Shown one piece after another: positions 35,837 through 50,200 of a stretch of DNA of 64,000 nucleotides (the first letter of the stretch is position 1; each line of letters starts with the position of its first letter). The notes beneath the pieces are model-generated. The model was not told the DNA's origin, searched no databases, and was given only the letters and a program-made list of their open reading frames with translations. The DNA comes from Sminthopsis crassicaudata (Eukaryota): contig NC_133617.1 in NCBI RefSeq assembly GCF_048593235.1, positions 674,726,958 to 674,790,957 of the forward strand, given 5' to 3'. A program made the translations under genes and the position numbers.

Positions 35837-38259
35837 TTAGAAGTTCACATTTTCTTCAAAAAATTTCAGGAGTTGAGCTTTCGTGCCATAATTTACATAT
35901 TTTTCACCCAAATGCTCCTGTAAACGTACCTATGTGTAACAAAGAAAAATCACTATGAAAAATGTGCATATCAGATGACATTTACAAATGTAATCCAAAA
36001 TACAATTTTGATTGTCAAATTTGGGGATAGATTGGTAATAATAGCTTTACTTTAAGACATAAAGCAGGGGAGCAACATTGATAGAAAGTTTACTACAAAG
36101 CCAGCAAGACCTAGGTTCAGCTTTCACTTTTGACATATTGGCCTTGTCACTTCGGGCACATCTAATTTTCGAACTCTGGGTCCCAGTTTAATCTGTTGTT
36201 CATCAACCCATATAGGGTTTCGTAATTATGATTTATCAGTAAATGTTTGATTTGTATACCTATTTCATATACCAATTTACCCGGAGTCTTGTAAAAATTG
36301 CTTGGGCAAAAAGGGGTCATATGAGTGGAAAGTTTAAGAAGCCCTGCTCTAGGCAATTTTCTGTCTTCATTCAGACTAATTCAGTCTTGAATGTTTACTA
36401 CATGCAAGGTGCTATGCTCTGCAGGAGGAAACAAACATTAATTCAGAGTAACACTGCACTCAAAATTTATATAAACTTATCTTTAAGCAGACCATCTAGA
36501 GTTATCTATATATTTACCTCTCTTTTCAATTCATCATCTTCTTCCATAAGATCATACACTTTTTCTAAAAGCTTCACTCCCAGCCCCTGAATTACATCAG
36601 CTCTCAAGACTTCAATCATTCTTCTGATCTTTTCAGAACCAGAAACAACAACTAAAAAATAATAAGACAAGGGCAATAATGGTCAATATCTACACTCCAT
36701 AGCAAGAAGAATGGAATTCATAAGCAATTTGTAACAATGCCCAAAGAGCTATAAAACTATGCATACCCTTTGATCTAGCAGTGTCTCTACTCGATCTGTA
36801 TCCCAAAGAACATGAAAAAGGGAAAAGGACCCGTATGTGTACAAATGTTTGTGGCAGACCTTTTTGTAATGGCTGAATGAGTTATGGTATATGAATGTAA
36901 TGGATTATTTTTGTTCTACAAGAAATGATCAGCAGGATGATTTTAGAGATGCCTGGAGAGACTTTACTGAACTAATGCTAAGTGAAATGAGCAGAGCAAG
37001 GAGGATGATTGTATACAGCAATAGCAAGATTACATGATGATCAATTCTGATGGATTTGGCTCTTTTCAACAATGAGGCAATTCACGCCAATTTCAATAGA
37101 TGATAGAAAAGAACTATCCACATCCAGAAAGAAGGCAATGGGGACTGAATGTGCACTACAGCACAGTAATTTCACCTTTTTGCTGTTGTTGACTTGCTTG
37201 TTTTTCTTTCTAATTTTCCCTACTTTTGATCACATTTTTCTTGTGCAGCATGGTAAATGTGGAAATATGTTTAGAAAAACTGCACGTGTTTAACCTATAT
37301 TGGATTAACTGCTGTCTAGAGTGGGGAAATAGGGACACAAGGTTTTGTAAGACTAAATTCTGAAAACTATTTTTGCATGTACTTGAAAAATAAAAAGTTT
37401 TTTTTAAACTACTTTCACCTTTAATGATTATAACCTACTTACTGAATACAATTTCTAGAAATCTATCCTTGAGCTATGTTCACATTAGAAATTTGTACAC
37501 AAATAGTTTTGTACCTCATTGAATGAATGGGATAAGATATATTAAATACTTGCACTGTGCTAAGCCCTGGAGATACAACTAGTGCCTGCTTGTAAAAGAC
37601 TCACTTTCTAAGAGGAGAGACAAAGGAAGGTTTTTCTGTAGGTCTGATGATATAGCAGCCTTATTTATAATGCTTCCAGAGGTAATTACCAATCTTTACT
37701 CACCAAATCCAAATGAGATGAACCTGACTTTAAGAAAATTAGATACATTCAATTAAAAATCAAGTAAATCAGGGAGTGAATTTATAAAGAAGTCTCTTTA
37801 AACCAATAAACATATTAAGAGCTAACTTCTGGTGAAACACTGTACTGTATTCATTGGAAACAAAGGCAACATCATTTGTAATGGGTGAGACAACCTGCAA
37901 ATAGCTATATGTATATTTGTAAGATATGTACAATGTAAATGTAATGTAATCCTAGTGGGGTTTGGGAGGAATGGAGACAAGAAAAAATTCTTGCAAAAGG
38001 TGAGATATAAGATGAATCTTGCAGGAAGCCAGGAGGTGGAGATAAAGAGATAGAACATTCCAGGCATGGAGGAGAGCCAGTGAAAAAGTCTGGAGAAGGG
38101 AGATGGCGTGTCAAAAGACACAGCAGAAAGCCAGTATTGTTAGAAAATAGAGTATGTGGATAGGAGTAAGATGTAAGAAGACCAGAACAGTGGGAAGGAT
38201 ACAGGTTGTGAAAGCTCTAAAAACCAGAGAATTTTATATTTGATCCTGAAGTAACGGAA

Positions 38260-38299
<40 letters not shown>

Positions 38300-41200
38300 T
38301 GAGAGAGAGAGAGGAAAGAGGGTGGAGGAGGAGGGAGAGAGAGAGGGAGAGGAAGATACATAGTTTGATCTTCATTTGGGAAAATGATTTTGGTGGATGA
38401 AAACTTGGAAGAAACTGAAGGCAAGGAGATGATCAATCAAGCTATTCCAACAGTCTAGGCATGAAGTTGTAAGATATTATGCCAGATGGTTGCTGTTTGA
38501 ATAGAAATAAATGGAAATATAATGAATAATGTAATAGATTTTTATGTAAAGTAAGTGTGAGAGGGGACTCAAGGGTGACATCTAGGTTGTGAGCTGGAGC
38601 GTAACTGTAGGCTAATGATGCTCAATAGTAAGAAGAAAGTTAGCAAGAAGAAAGAATTTGGGGCAAAAGATAAATTCTGATGGGTCTACTATATAGTGAG
38701 CAAGCTCTCTTAATATATCTAAAATAAGGCATTATTTTAAAAAACCTAACTTTTCAGAGAAATACTTCCCACATAAAGTATGGTATCAATGTAGCCCTTA
38801 AACAACTGGAATAAAGTTTCATCTATAAATGGTAACATCAAATGTACAAAATACTATTAAACTATTTTGGCTTTTAAGTATCCTACCTTCAATACAGAGG
38901 TAATTTTCAGTTTGCTTCAAAAGTAACAAATCACAAACCTGGAGAAAGTTCTTTAAGCCCAAGTTCCTCTGAATCCTCTTCAACTTTCCCATGCAGAATT
39001 AGTGTATCTTTGTATTTTCGATGAAGTCTAAACTCTGACATGGGAAGAAGTTTTGGAATATTTTCACAATTCTCTTTAGAGTCCATTTTTAATGTCTGAG
39101 TCATCAGCTGTACCAAATCATTCATTTCATTTGTATGGCCTTTTCTGAAAAAGATTACATTTATAATTAGTTTGATTTTTATGAATTTTCATAAAAAATT
39201 TTCAGATTACTTTTTTTTCTTGGAGTGTGGGGTAAAAATCGAAGTTGTTTTTAACATTTTTCTTATGACTGATTTGCCTCAATCATATTTTGAATATTTT
39301 GTAATTTTGAGGGGAACTGCTTATCATATCCTTTGCCTACTTGTCTACTGAAGAATGACTACAGGTCTTTATATGTAAATGTTTATACATATATATGTTA
39401 ACTATTTAGATAAAGATTCTTCCCTCCCATCCTCATCTCTAATTATTGTTTCCATTTTTATCCTACATGCATTAATTTTGTTTGACAGAAGCTTTTCAGT
39501 TTTCTGTTAATGAAACTTAGCTATTTCATCTTTTGTGATTGCTTCTCTCTCTTGATTGGTTAAGAATACATCTTTTACCCACAGCTGTAAGAGGTATATG
39601 ATCTTCTCTTCAAATAATTTAATAATATGATCTTAATATTAAGGTCACATTTAGAATTAGTTCTGTAAGAATATAGTAAAGGGTGTTGGCCCTAACTTCT
39701 GTGAAACTGTCTTCCAATTTTTCCATCGGTTTATTTTAACCAAATAGGCAGTTCTTTCCTAAATATTTTGTTTTCTACTTTATCAGAAACTTTATCAAGC
39801 ACTGGGTTATTGAGTTTCATTTTTCTGATTCTCTTTTGCCTAATCTGTTTCATTGAACTTTAACCTGGAGGTATCAAATAAGCAATCCTGGAACTCCCTT
39901 TCCCAAGACAGGCTGAAATTAAGTATCCTTTTGATAATTTGATGGTCATAGCATTAAAAATATAAATTAATTTTGGCATTATTATTTTATTATATTGACA
40001 CAGCTTAGCAATGGGCATGATTTACCCAGCTATTTAAGTTTCTCATTTCTTTAAGAAGCATTATACAATGTAATCAAATCTATTAAAATTGTGTTTGATA
40101 AATATTTCTCGATATTTTGAATATTTATTTGAAACAGAATTTCTTTCTTATTGCTTCTTGGATTATGTTGTTATATAGAGAAATGCTGTTGATTTTTAAA
40201 GGCTTATTTTGTAGCCTGCAACTTTGCTAAAGTTGTTATTTCGATTAGAATCTTTGCCAGTTCCCTAAGTTGTTCTAAGTAAATTATGGTATCAGCTAAT
40301 AAGGATAGTTTTATTTCCTCTTTTCTAAATTTAATGTCTTTAATTTCTTTCTCTTCTGTTACTGCTCTTGCTATCATTTCCAGAACTATATCAAACAATA
40401 ATAAGGAAAGTGGGCCTCCTTGTTTTACGCCCCCGATTCTTGGGAAAAATTTTAATCTATCTTCATTATGTATGATGCTACCTTTTGGTATTAGATATTG
40501 TGAATGATAGTTTCAAAAGATTCCTTTTTGCCTACTTTGTAGGATTCTTATCATAAATGAGTACTGTGCTTTGTCAAAAGCTCTTTCCAAATCTATTGAG
40601 ATAAGCATATGACTTTGGATATTTTTATTTTCAAAATAATTATACAATAATGTTGAACCATTCCTGTATCCCTGTTATAAATTCAACCTAGCTATGATGA
40701 ATGATTTTTTGATGAATTGTTGCAGATTACTTTTTTTTTTATTTTAAAATTTGGAATCAATACTCATTAGTGATATTGGTTTATATAGGTTTTTTTATGC
40801 CTTATCCTTCCCTTGTTTAGGTTTTAAGATTATATTTATGTCATAAAAAGAATCAAGTTTTCTTTGTAGAATTGTGTTGAATGCTTCTTTTTTGTTGAAG
40901 TTAATTTTTTTCCCATTAATATGCCTCAATCTTGAGCTGCAACTTAAGCTCCGTTGCTCTTCTGAATATATTCCATTCCCTTCTGCTATTTCTTGTGGGT
41001 ATAGAATAACTGTGTCGCTCAAATTTTGTTTTCCTTTATATCTGAAGGTTTTTCTCCTACTTGCTTACAGAATTTGTTGCTTGTCATTGGAATTATTAAA
41101 TTTAATTCTATGTATCTTGGAATTGACAGCATGAGGTAGCTGTGTAAGTATTTTTTTTAAACAATTTTAAAAACAAAACAGATTCTTCTGATTACCTCTT

Positions 41201-44200
41201 TGTTTTCTACATTGAGAAATTCTGGGCAGTTTTCTTGTATTATTTATTATGTTCTTGTAGTCAGGTTTTTGACTGTCATATTCTGGGAGACCTATAATTC
41301 TCAAGTTTTTTCCTGTGCAAAGTATCTCAGAGATAAATGTTTTGCTTACATGATAACGTTCTCTTTTTATGTTATTGCTTTTTGTTTCTCAGCTTTCAGG
41401 CTATCCTTTGCTTCTGTGTATATATGCATTCCCAATCAATTATTATCTCTTTTGTTTCTTTGATAAGACTTACCACCATGGATCCATATTTTTAAATTGT
41501 GTTGCATTATTTAATCACAGATGTCTAGACTCTCTTAGCTGTTCTCAAAGCCATATTCTTTTCTGTTATTAATGTGTTCACTAATGTTTTATCTACTTTT
41601 ATTCAAAGTTTTTAGTATTCTTCCTTTTGAAATCATTAGTAATTCTAAACTTTTTTTCCTTATTGCTGATTTTTTGACTCTTTCTCTTTTGATGGTGGTT
41701 TCCCCATGCACTGGATCCCCAGGCTATCTCAGACTTTTTCCATGTTGGGCAATTCACATTTCATTGGCCTCAATCTCTGACCCAAGTGATTTCTGGGGGA
41801 TGACAGAGATGGACACTGGGCTTTTTTCCCTCAGACTCAGTGGAATGCCTCATAAACATACGACTGTCCTGACCCAATTTCCTCTGTTCCTCAGTGCTCT
41901 GGGTGAGCTTCTTTCTAACCCTAAGTAAACTTCTGCCTTTTGATTCTCTGTCACTGGGAAGAAGCAGCACAAAGGCAGAATGGAGTTTCATTGTAAGCCC
42001 ATGAGTGATCTATGTAACCCTGTATAAAGGGCATAATGAGTGTTGGATTAGGGGCAAAAAATAACTCTTCCCTACTATTATATCATTGAATTGTTACCTC
42101 CCTAGGGTTCTTCGTTTCCCAAACAATGCTTTCTTTTTGACCTTTCCCAGTTTCCTTAGTAAAGTGGGATTTTGTATCTAGAGCCAACGGTGTGTGTATG
42201 TAATTGTATATACACATATTTAAAGATTTACTAACACTAAACACTATAGGCAAACATACAAGAGAGTAAAGGAAACGATACAAAGTTTTGTTTTGTTTTT
42301 TGGTTAACATGGCCCTAAGTGAATTTAAAGGAATCTGTCTTATACTTATGAAATAATGTATATAAATCCTTTCATTTCACATTGCCAATCCTTTTTTTCC
42401 TCAGATTTTTTTCTGGAGTCATCTTCCCAAGCTAGATGTTAGGTCAATTTTTATCTTTTAACCAATGGATTAGAGATTTAGCAAACCTATCGGTGTCTCA
42501 GTTTTTAAAAAAATCTATTTTGTTAACTGGAAGTCTAAGTATGGGGGCTTCTATCCCTTCTATATAATCTTACATTGGACTTTTTATATACTTTGTCCCT
42601 TTTATACATTCACTACTCCCACTGGACTCTAGGACATCTAGCCTGTAAAGAACTTACCATGGCTTCCCTTAGCTGAGTCTCTTTGAAATATGAAATTGAA
42701 ACATTAAGCTAAAAGTATATGGTGCCATATGAGTAGGATAATTTAGGTGCAATTATCTAAAGGCAGGGAAGAAACCAATGACCTTTCACAATCTTATGAT
42801 TATCATTTTCAACTTAATACTTACTTTTAATTTTATATTTATCATTTTCATAGATTTCCCCCGCCCCATCAATATTCAAGTAAAGTTATGTAATCAAAAT
42901 GACCAAGTTTAGTCTCAGAGAAGAAATGAGAAAATGCAGCTTTCTCCTTTTGGTAAGGAAATAATAGATGGTAGGGGGTAAGAACTATGGCTGTTGATGT
43001 TATATAAGCTATAACAGGGTTTATGTACTAGCTTTTTTCCTAAATTGTTTTTTTTTTAAATTCTTTGTCACAAGGGAAAATTTCCTGATGGGGAAGTGTG
43101 GAAGAGAATATTCAGGAATAAATATGATATAAAAGCAAAAGTATTATTAAAATATACCTAAAAAAAATCTGTCTACAAGCTATTACAAAATTGAACTAAA
43201 ACTTACTTCTGCAGTATTGCATAAATGAGAAGCCAACATAAATCTTCTATGTGAATAAAAGTACACAAAAATCAGGTTAATTCATTAGTATTAATTAAGA
43301 TAGGACACAATTTAATAAACACAGATTTGAAATGGCATTTTAATTAACCTATGAAGGAAGGTTAAAAAAATATACTTACCCTTCCTTGGAATCTCCATCT
43401 GACTTATCAGTTGAACTTGTAGAAGAACTTAACTCATCCTCAGACAGACAACGAACTAACTTCTTTTCCTATTAACAAAATACTCAGTAATTATATATCC
43501 AAAATGCAATTATATGAAAATTTTAAGCTAAAGCAACATATATATATAGTTACAATGTAAGTCCTCTGACCTAATTCATTATTTCTACTAGTAATACTAC
43601 TCTTCATCAAGACTCCCACATTTGAAATCTTATTATTTTTTATTCTTCCCTCCTTCATCTTTCACACAGCAGTGGCTCCCTATTACCTAACAAGCAAAGC
43701 TCAAATCCCTTAGCCTGAAATTCAAAGCCCTCCACAACTTAACACCAGTCTACAAATGGTGAAGCTTAATATTGGTCTCCCCTCCAAATACTTGAGATTA
43801 TAGCCTAACTTAGTGACTTGCTGTAGTAAACAACCTGTATTCTTCTTCCTCTATGCTTCTGCTCATGTAATTTCTTGTGCCTAGATTTCCTACCCATTTT
43901 CCCCCTCTCCACCACCACCCATATTTTAAAGCAAAGCTCACAGGGCAACTCCTATGAAACTTTCCTTATTTCCTTGGATTTCATATAACATTTTGTTTCA
44001 TTGAATCACTTTAAGGGAATTATGTAATACCACATATTACAACTCTGTAAAAGTACAGGCTAACTCCCTGGAGGGCCTCAGGATCAGCCAGAGTCAAGAT
44101 AAATCCAAGTCCTTGGTCTTTAGGGGGAGAAGTGAAGCAGGCAGGCAAGATGCCCCGAGGCTTACCAAAGATATATCTTGGATTCTGGAGTCCGGTGTCT

Positions 44201-47200
44201 CCAGCCTCTCTCCTCCTCATCCTGCCGTTAAGTGACCCTGATTTCTCTCCCTCAGCCCTTCAATCCTTACCTACGATTACCTCACCACCAAGCATTCAGC
44301 AAGCCCCAAAGGTGAGAAGAACCATCATCTAAATATATGCTTATAGAGCCATTATCTTATATTGAATAGGTAATTAGCTTTAAGTGCTCTCTTGTCTGAT
44401 TCAAGCACATCTTTTTCAGTTTCAGTCCTCTACACAGTTATCTTACTCCTCTAGACTTGAAGATTCATGAAGCTAAACACCATATTTTAGCTAACCTCTG
44501 TAGTTTACTCAGCTCCTAAAAAATGATTAACATTTAATACTTATTTGTTGAAGAAGACAGAAATTACTCCATAAACCAAGTTTCTTTACTGAATTGGAAA
44601 TTAAAGCCCTTCTCATCCAGATCACAAGTGAAGCCTGAAGAGCAACACACTGATTTCCCTCAAGGAAAAATCAACCTTAAAGAGAATATTCTTTTTACAC
44701 AATAAAGGACAATTCTATATAATGCTCAAATCTTTCAGTATGACTAGGATTAACTAACATGGGTCCTGGCTTATTAGACTAACCATCAAATTCTATCTAA
44801 CAAATGATAGTTATAGCTTGATTATGATGCAATAACACCTGAGAAGTAAGTAGCTCAGAAGGTTGCCTGATGTGGAAGAATACACTTGATGTACTAAGTG
44901 CATTCAAACCAATAATCTGAACTAATTAGGAATTAGTTAAGTATGAATTAGTAAAACATCTATTGAACACAATTTTTCTTAAAGAAGTGAAACTTTATTA
45001 TCATCAGATATAAGTAAGTCTTGTTCTTTACCATAATATATAGTGTCAGAGTAGAATGGTAAAAAACTGCTTTCCCCTATGTGTTTTCTAGTTAAAAATA
45101 AGCTTATCCCTAGTTAGGAAATCTTTATTTGCCCTTTTTTCCTCTAAATGACATTCATGCCTCATAAGTAAGGAAAAAGAATTTTCAAGCTCTATTACAA
45201 TGTATCAGAAAAAGAAAATATGAAAGTGATTTGTAGTGAAATGAGAAAATAAGGGCTTTTCTTTTGGCCAGTTAAATGGGTATATTAGTAAAGTGTTTGT
45301 GAGTGTGTGTGCTTGCGTGTATTTATCAGAACCAAGCTTACTATCTTGTAAGTAATACTACAGTACTTTCTTAGTGAGTGATGAGTTACTAGCATACGAT
45401 TAGTTGTATGTGACCATACCTCAAAATTTTTCTCTTAATTTCAATATTATCACCTTCAATCAATAAAAATTTTTATTAAGTGCCTACTCTGTATGGGAAC
45501 ACAAAGACAAAATGATACTGTTATCTCCCTCAGGCAGTTTATATTCAATTGGAGATGATACCAGATATCCATATAAGTATTTGCATGATCCAGGGTTCAG
45601 ATAGGGTTCAAGGCTGGCCTGATTTCATTGGCAGAGGGAATCCCTAAGGAAGCATTTCCTTCTTAACACAGAGTGGCAATTCTTCTGCCACTTGCTTGGT
45701 ATTTACTTACTTATTTTTAAATTAATTTTATAATTATAACATTTTTTTTGACAGTACATATGCATAGATAATTTACACATTATCTCTTGTACTCCCTTCT
45801 GTTCCGAATTTTCCCCCTCCTTCCCTCCACTTCCTCCCCTAGATGGCAGGCATTCCCATACATATTAAATATCTTATAGTATATCCTAGGTACAATATAT
45901 ATGTGCAGAACTGAATTTTGTTGTTGTTGTTGCAAAGGAAGAATTGGATTCGGAAGGTTAAAATAATCTGGGGAGAAAAAAACAAACAAAAAAAAAATCT
46001 CAGAGTTTACACTCATTTCCCAATGTTCCTTTTCTGGGTGTAGCTGATTCTGTCCATCATTGATCAATTGGAATTGGATTAGCTCTTCTCTATGTTGAAG
46101 ATATCCACTTCCATCAGAACACATCCTCATACAGTATCATTGTTGAAGTGTATAATGATCTCCTAGTGCCACTTGGTATTTAAAGGGTGACAGAGTAGCC
46201 AGAGCCATTCACTAGTATGAGGCTGAGACCAGATTCTACCTGGGCTCTTTTGGTCACCTCTCTGGGTACTTGGCCCACAGTCTGACCTAATATAGCCCCC
46301 CTGCCATGCATGTTCATCCAGTAAAATGAATAACTAGAAGCTCAGGATTGAATGATACAGAATAAATGCAAGGTGACTAGAAGCTACAGAGACACTAACA
46401 GCCAGGGAGGGAAAGGATCAAGAAAAACTTCAAGTATCAGGTAGTATTTGAGGTTTAAAGGAACCAAAGTATCCTAAAACTCCCTAAGTGGGAAGGAAAG
46501 GGTACAGATCAGATAGAGAGGCAGCAAGTCTAAAGGCAAGAGTGTTATATGTAACAAAAAGCAGGAATCAGAATGTGTGAACAATGCATATGTATGGCGA
46601 GGAGCTGTATTATAAAGGGTTTAAATGCGAAATAGGAGTTTCTATTAGAGCCTAGAGGCAACGGGGATAAACTGGAGTATCTTTGAGTAGGAGAGTGATA
46701 CAGCCAGATATGTATCAGGCCTGTGGCAGTTACGTAAAGAATGAATTGGACAGAAAAGAGGAATGAAATCTGGAAGCCACTAAGAAGACCCTGCCCTGCG
46801 TGAGGTAAGAAGTGATAGACTGAACTGGAAGATTGGCCATATAAAGAGAAAGAAGGGGGCAGGTGTGAGAGATGTTGGAAAATAGAATTGATAAGACAGG
46901 CAGTATGCTATGTGTGTAAGAGTGAAAAGTCAAAGTCAAAGGGGATCCCAAGGTCATACACCTGGTGACTGGAAGGAGATTGGCATCCTCATCAGAGATA
47001 AAGAATTGTGGAAGAAGGATACATTGTGAAGAGACAGATAATGTGCTCAACTTTGGATGTGTTGATTTTGAGATCTCTGTAAGACATCTAGTTCAAATAT
47101 GAAAAAGACAGTTGATAATATTGGAGCAATGAGAAGAGAGACTAGGATTGGATATATAGATTTGGAGATCACCTGCTAAAAAAATATGATCAAATCCATA

Positions 47201-50200
47201 GGGCCTGAAGAGGTCATTAAGTGAGAAAGTAGACAGACAGAAGGGGGTCCAGAACAGTGCTCTGGGGAATACCTAAAGTTATAAGGCTTAACATGGCTGA
47301 TGATCTTGCAAAGGAGACTCAGGGGCACTCAGATAGGAGCAGGAGAAGGAAGAGAGAATAGTATCATGAACACCCAGAAAGAAGAGTACATCCAGGAGGA
47401 CATATGATCAATAGGAACAAATGGGTGTAAAGTAGTCAAGAAAGATGGGGATTGAGGAAAAGTGATCAGATTTGGCTATTGGGTCAGAAACCACACTGCA
47501 GGTAGCTGAGGAGACAGGGGAAGTGCAGGTAACAAGAGTGGACAGCTTTTCTAGAAGTCTGAGTGGGAAGATGATGGAGCTATGAAGGAAGGAAGATGAT
47601 GGCTTAAAGGGATGGTACAGCCTAATCAATATTCAGAATTTTTTAGGACTGAAAAGACCCAGATATGTTTGTAGACAGCTGGGAATGAACTAACAGATAG
47701 GAAGAATCTGAAAAAGAGGTTAATTATGCTTCTGCAGAGGCAGATGGGAAGGATGAGATCAAGGTTTGGCCTTGGCAAGAAGGGTCACCTCTTTTTCATC
47801 AGCAATACTGTTAAAAAAACAAAAAGAGAATTTAAATATTTCCAAATTAAGGCATGTGGCTTGTGATTTACCTGAGAGGTATCCACATCTGAAGATAACT
47901 GATGAGCAATAATGTGCTCATCTTCTATGTGCAACTTCATTCCTTCTGTATCCAGAGATCCTCTTCTCACTGAAGGACCTGAAAAAACTATCAAAGGCCA
48001 GTTGGCTTAAAACTTAGGGACAAGAGTCAGGCAGAAGAAACTATAAAAAAGCACTGGTCTTAGATTCACAGAATCATAGCTATGGAGCTGGAAGGTATCT
48101 GACAAGCCCATTCATTTTATAGATGAAGAAATTGAGACCCAGAGAAGTATAGACAGACATAGATCTGATGATCTGGCAGGACACTAGCCATTTGGTTACG
48201 GACAAAGCAATTAATTTCTGGGTGTTGGTTTTGTTTTGTTTGTAAAATGGGGATAATTACACTATTCATCTCAAGACTTGTGTTGCACTCTGTAAAGCAA
48301 AACATAAATATTATCTAGTTAAAGATCTGATACATACATTTTATTTAATAATCCCTAGATCTGGACTAACCTCTCCAATGGCCTTAACTCACTATTCATG
48401 TTCTTGAGAGCAATGCATTGACCCCTAGACAAGTTCAGGCAAAGTTTAGAAGTAGAAACACAATAAAATTTGAAAAATCTACTTTACTCTTTTGTGTTAG
48501 TTCTGCCCAATTAGGAGATTACACTTTCCCAAACCAAAAACATATATTGATAATGTTAAGATTATCTAAATTACTTTATACTAGTCAAAATCCTAAACTG
48601 GATATTGAAAGTTCCTATACCTCATCAAGTATGAGTTCTTTTTTTCATACTTTCACACTGAAAAAAAATTAAATACATGCACCAACTTCCCCCTAACCAC
48701 TCCCCTACCCCCTTCTTCTTCAACAAGAGTGGTTGGGGAAGGGGAAAAAGATCTTACCAGTAGGAAATATCTCTTCTTGTGACCTCTTTAATCTCCTTCT
48801 TTCTCTAGCTGACAAAGGTCGATCCTTTTAAGGAATGAGAGCTAAGAGTTACTCTATCATTAGCACATAAAAATGTTTGGCACCAGCCGTCAAAGGGAGC
48901 TTTGAAACCAGCCTTTCAATATCAAAGCTACTGTAACTAGGCACACATATTTAAGAAGTCTGAATATCAGTAGTTTTCAATGCATTTAAAAAATATACCA
49001 AATCTTCCTAATTTCAAATTTTTGTATTTGAAGTAGCAGGGTACCTAAACCAGGGAAGCTGCTTGCCTGCACAATTAAGCAATCCCAGGTTACTCCATTC
49101 TATAATTTGCAGATGTTCCATTATGGAATTAAGATTCTTTACATCTTTTCATATTTTGCAAGTAACCATTCTGCGAATCAAGGCTAGAAGAATAATAGTA
49201 TATTATTCCATAGCAGCTTAAGATTTACAAAATAGTTTTCTTAAAAAGACTGTGAGAGGGGCAGCTAGGTGGTACAGTGGATAGAGCACCAGCCTTGAAT
49301 TCAGGAGGACCAGAGTTCAAATATGATCTCAGACACTTNNNNNNNNNNNNNNNNNNNNNNNNNNNNNNNNNNNNNNNNNNNNNNNNNNNNNNNNNNNNNN
49401 NNNNNNNNNNNNNNNNNNNNNNNNNNNNNNNNNNNNNNNNNNNNNNNNNNNNNNNNNNNNNNNNNNNNNNNNNNNNNNNNNNNNNNNNNNNNNNNCTTAG
49501 GGTTACACAACTGTTAAGTATAAAAGTAGGAATAAAATCAAAGTCTTTTGCCTCTAAGTTTAGTGTCCCTTCCACTTCACTATACTATTCTCAACTCTAC
49601 AATTTACCCTGATTCTTATGTCAAAAAATGTTACAAAGACTAATTAAATTTCAAAAAATTCCTGCAAACCTTTGAGGATGTTATCTCACTGCTTCTTGAA
49701 TTATCCATAGACACCATTACTTCTGTGCTATGTTTATCAGCATCACTGTATGTCATCTTCTCAACTGTTTTACTAGCAATGGGAGGAGAAGGCAAAGGTC
49801 TAGAAGGAACTTCCTGAAACTTAAAAAATATATAAAAATAAATTCAGTTTCATATTCATCCTTTCCCATTTTTCACTTCACATTATAATCCCCAAAACTG
49901 TTTTCCCAAAGCTTCAAATGTTTATATTTTTACAATAACCTACCCAATAATAGCCACCCTCTTAGCACAGAAGGAAAAATACTAGAGAAAACTCCTTAAA
50001 GAGGTTAGCTATCTCCATTTATGAGTGTGGGATAAGGAAAAAATTACCAACACCTCATTAAAGAGAATTGCATATTAAGCCATACTGGCCTCTTCCCTTA
50101 CATACCCAAAGCGATCTTTCCATCTTCTTTCAAAAGTAGACATTTCCCCTATTATATATAATTGATTCATATTTTAAAACTAATTTTAGCATGTCATTTT

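Noticed and set aside
49225-49612. ORFs of 64-116 aa containing X runs
   Set aside because: They read through the N gap.
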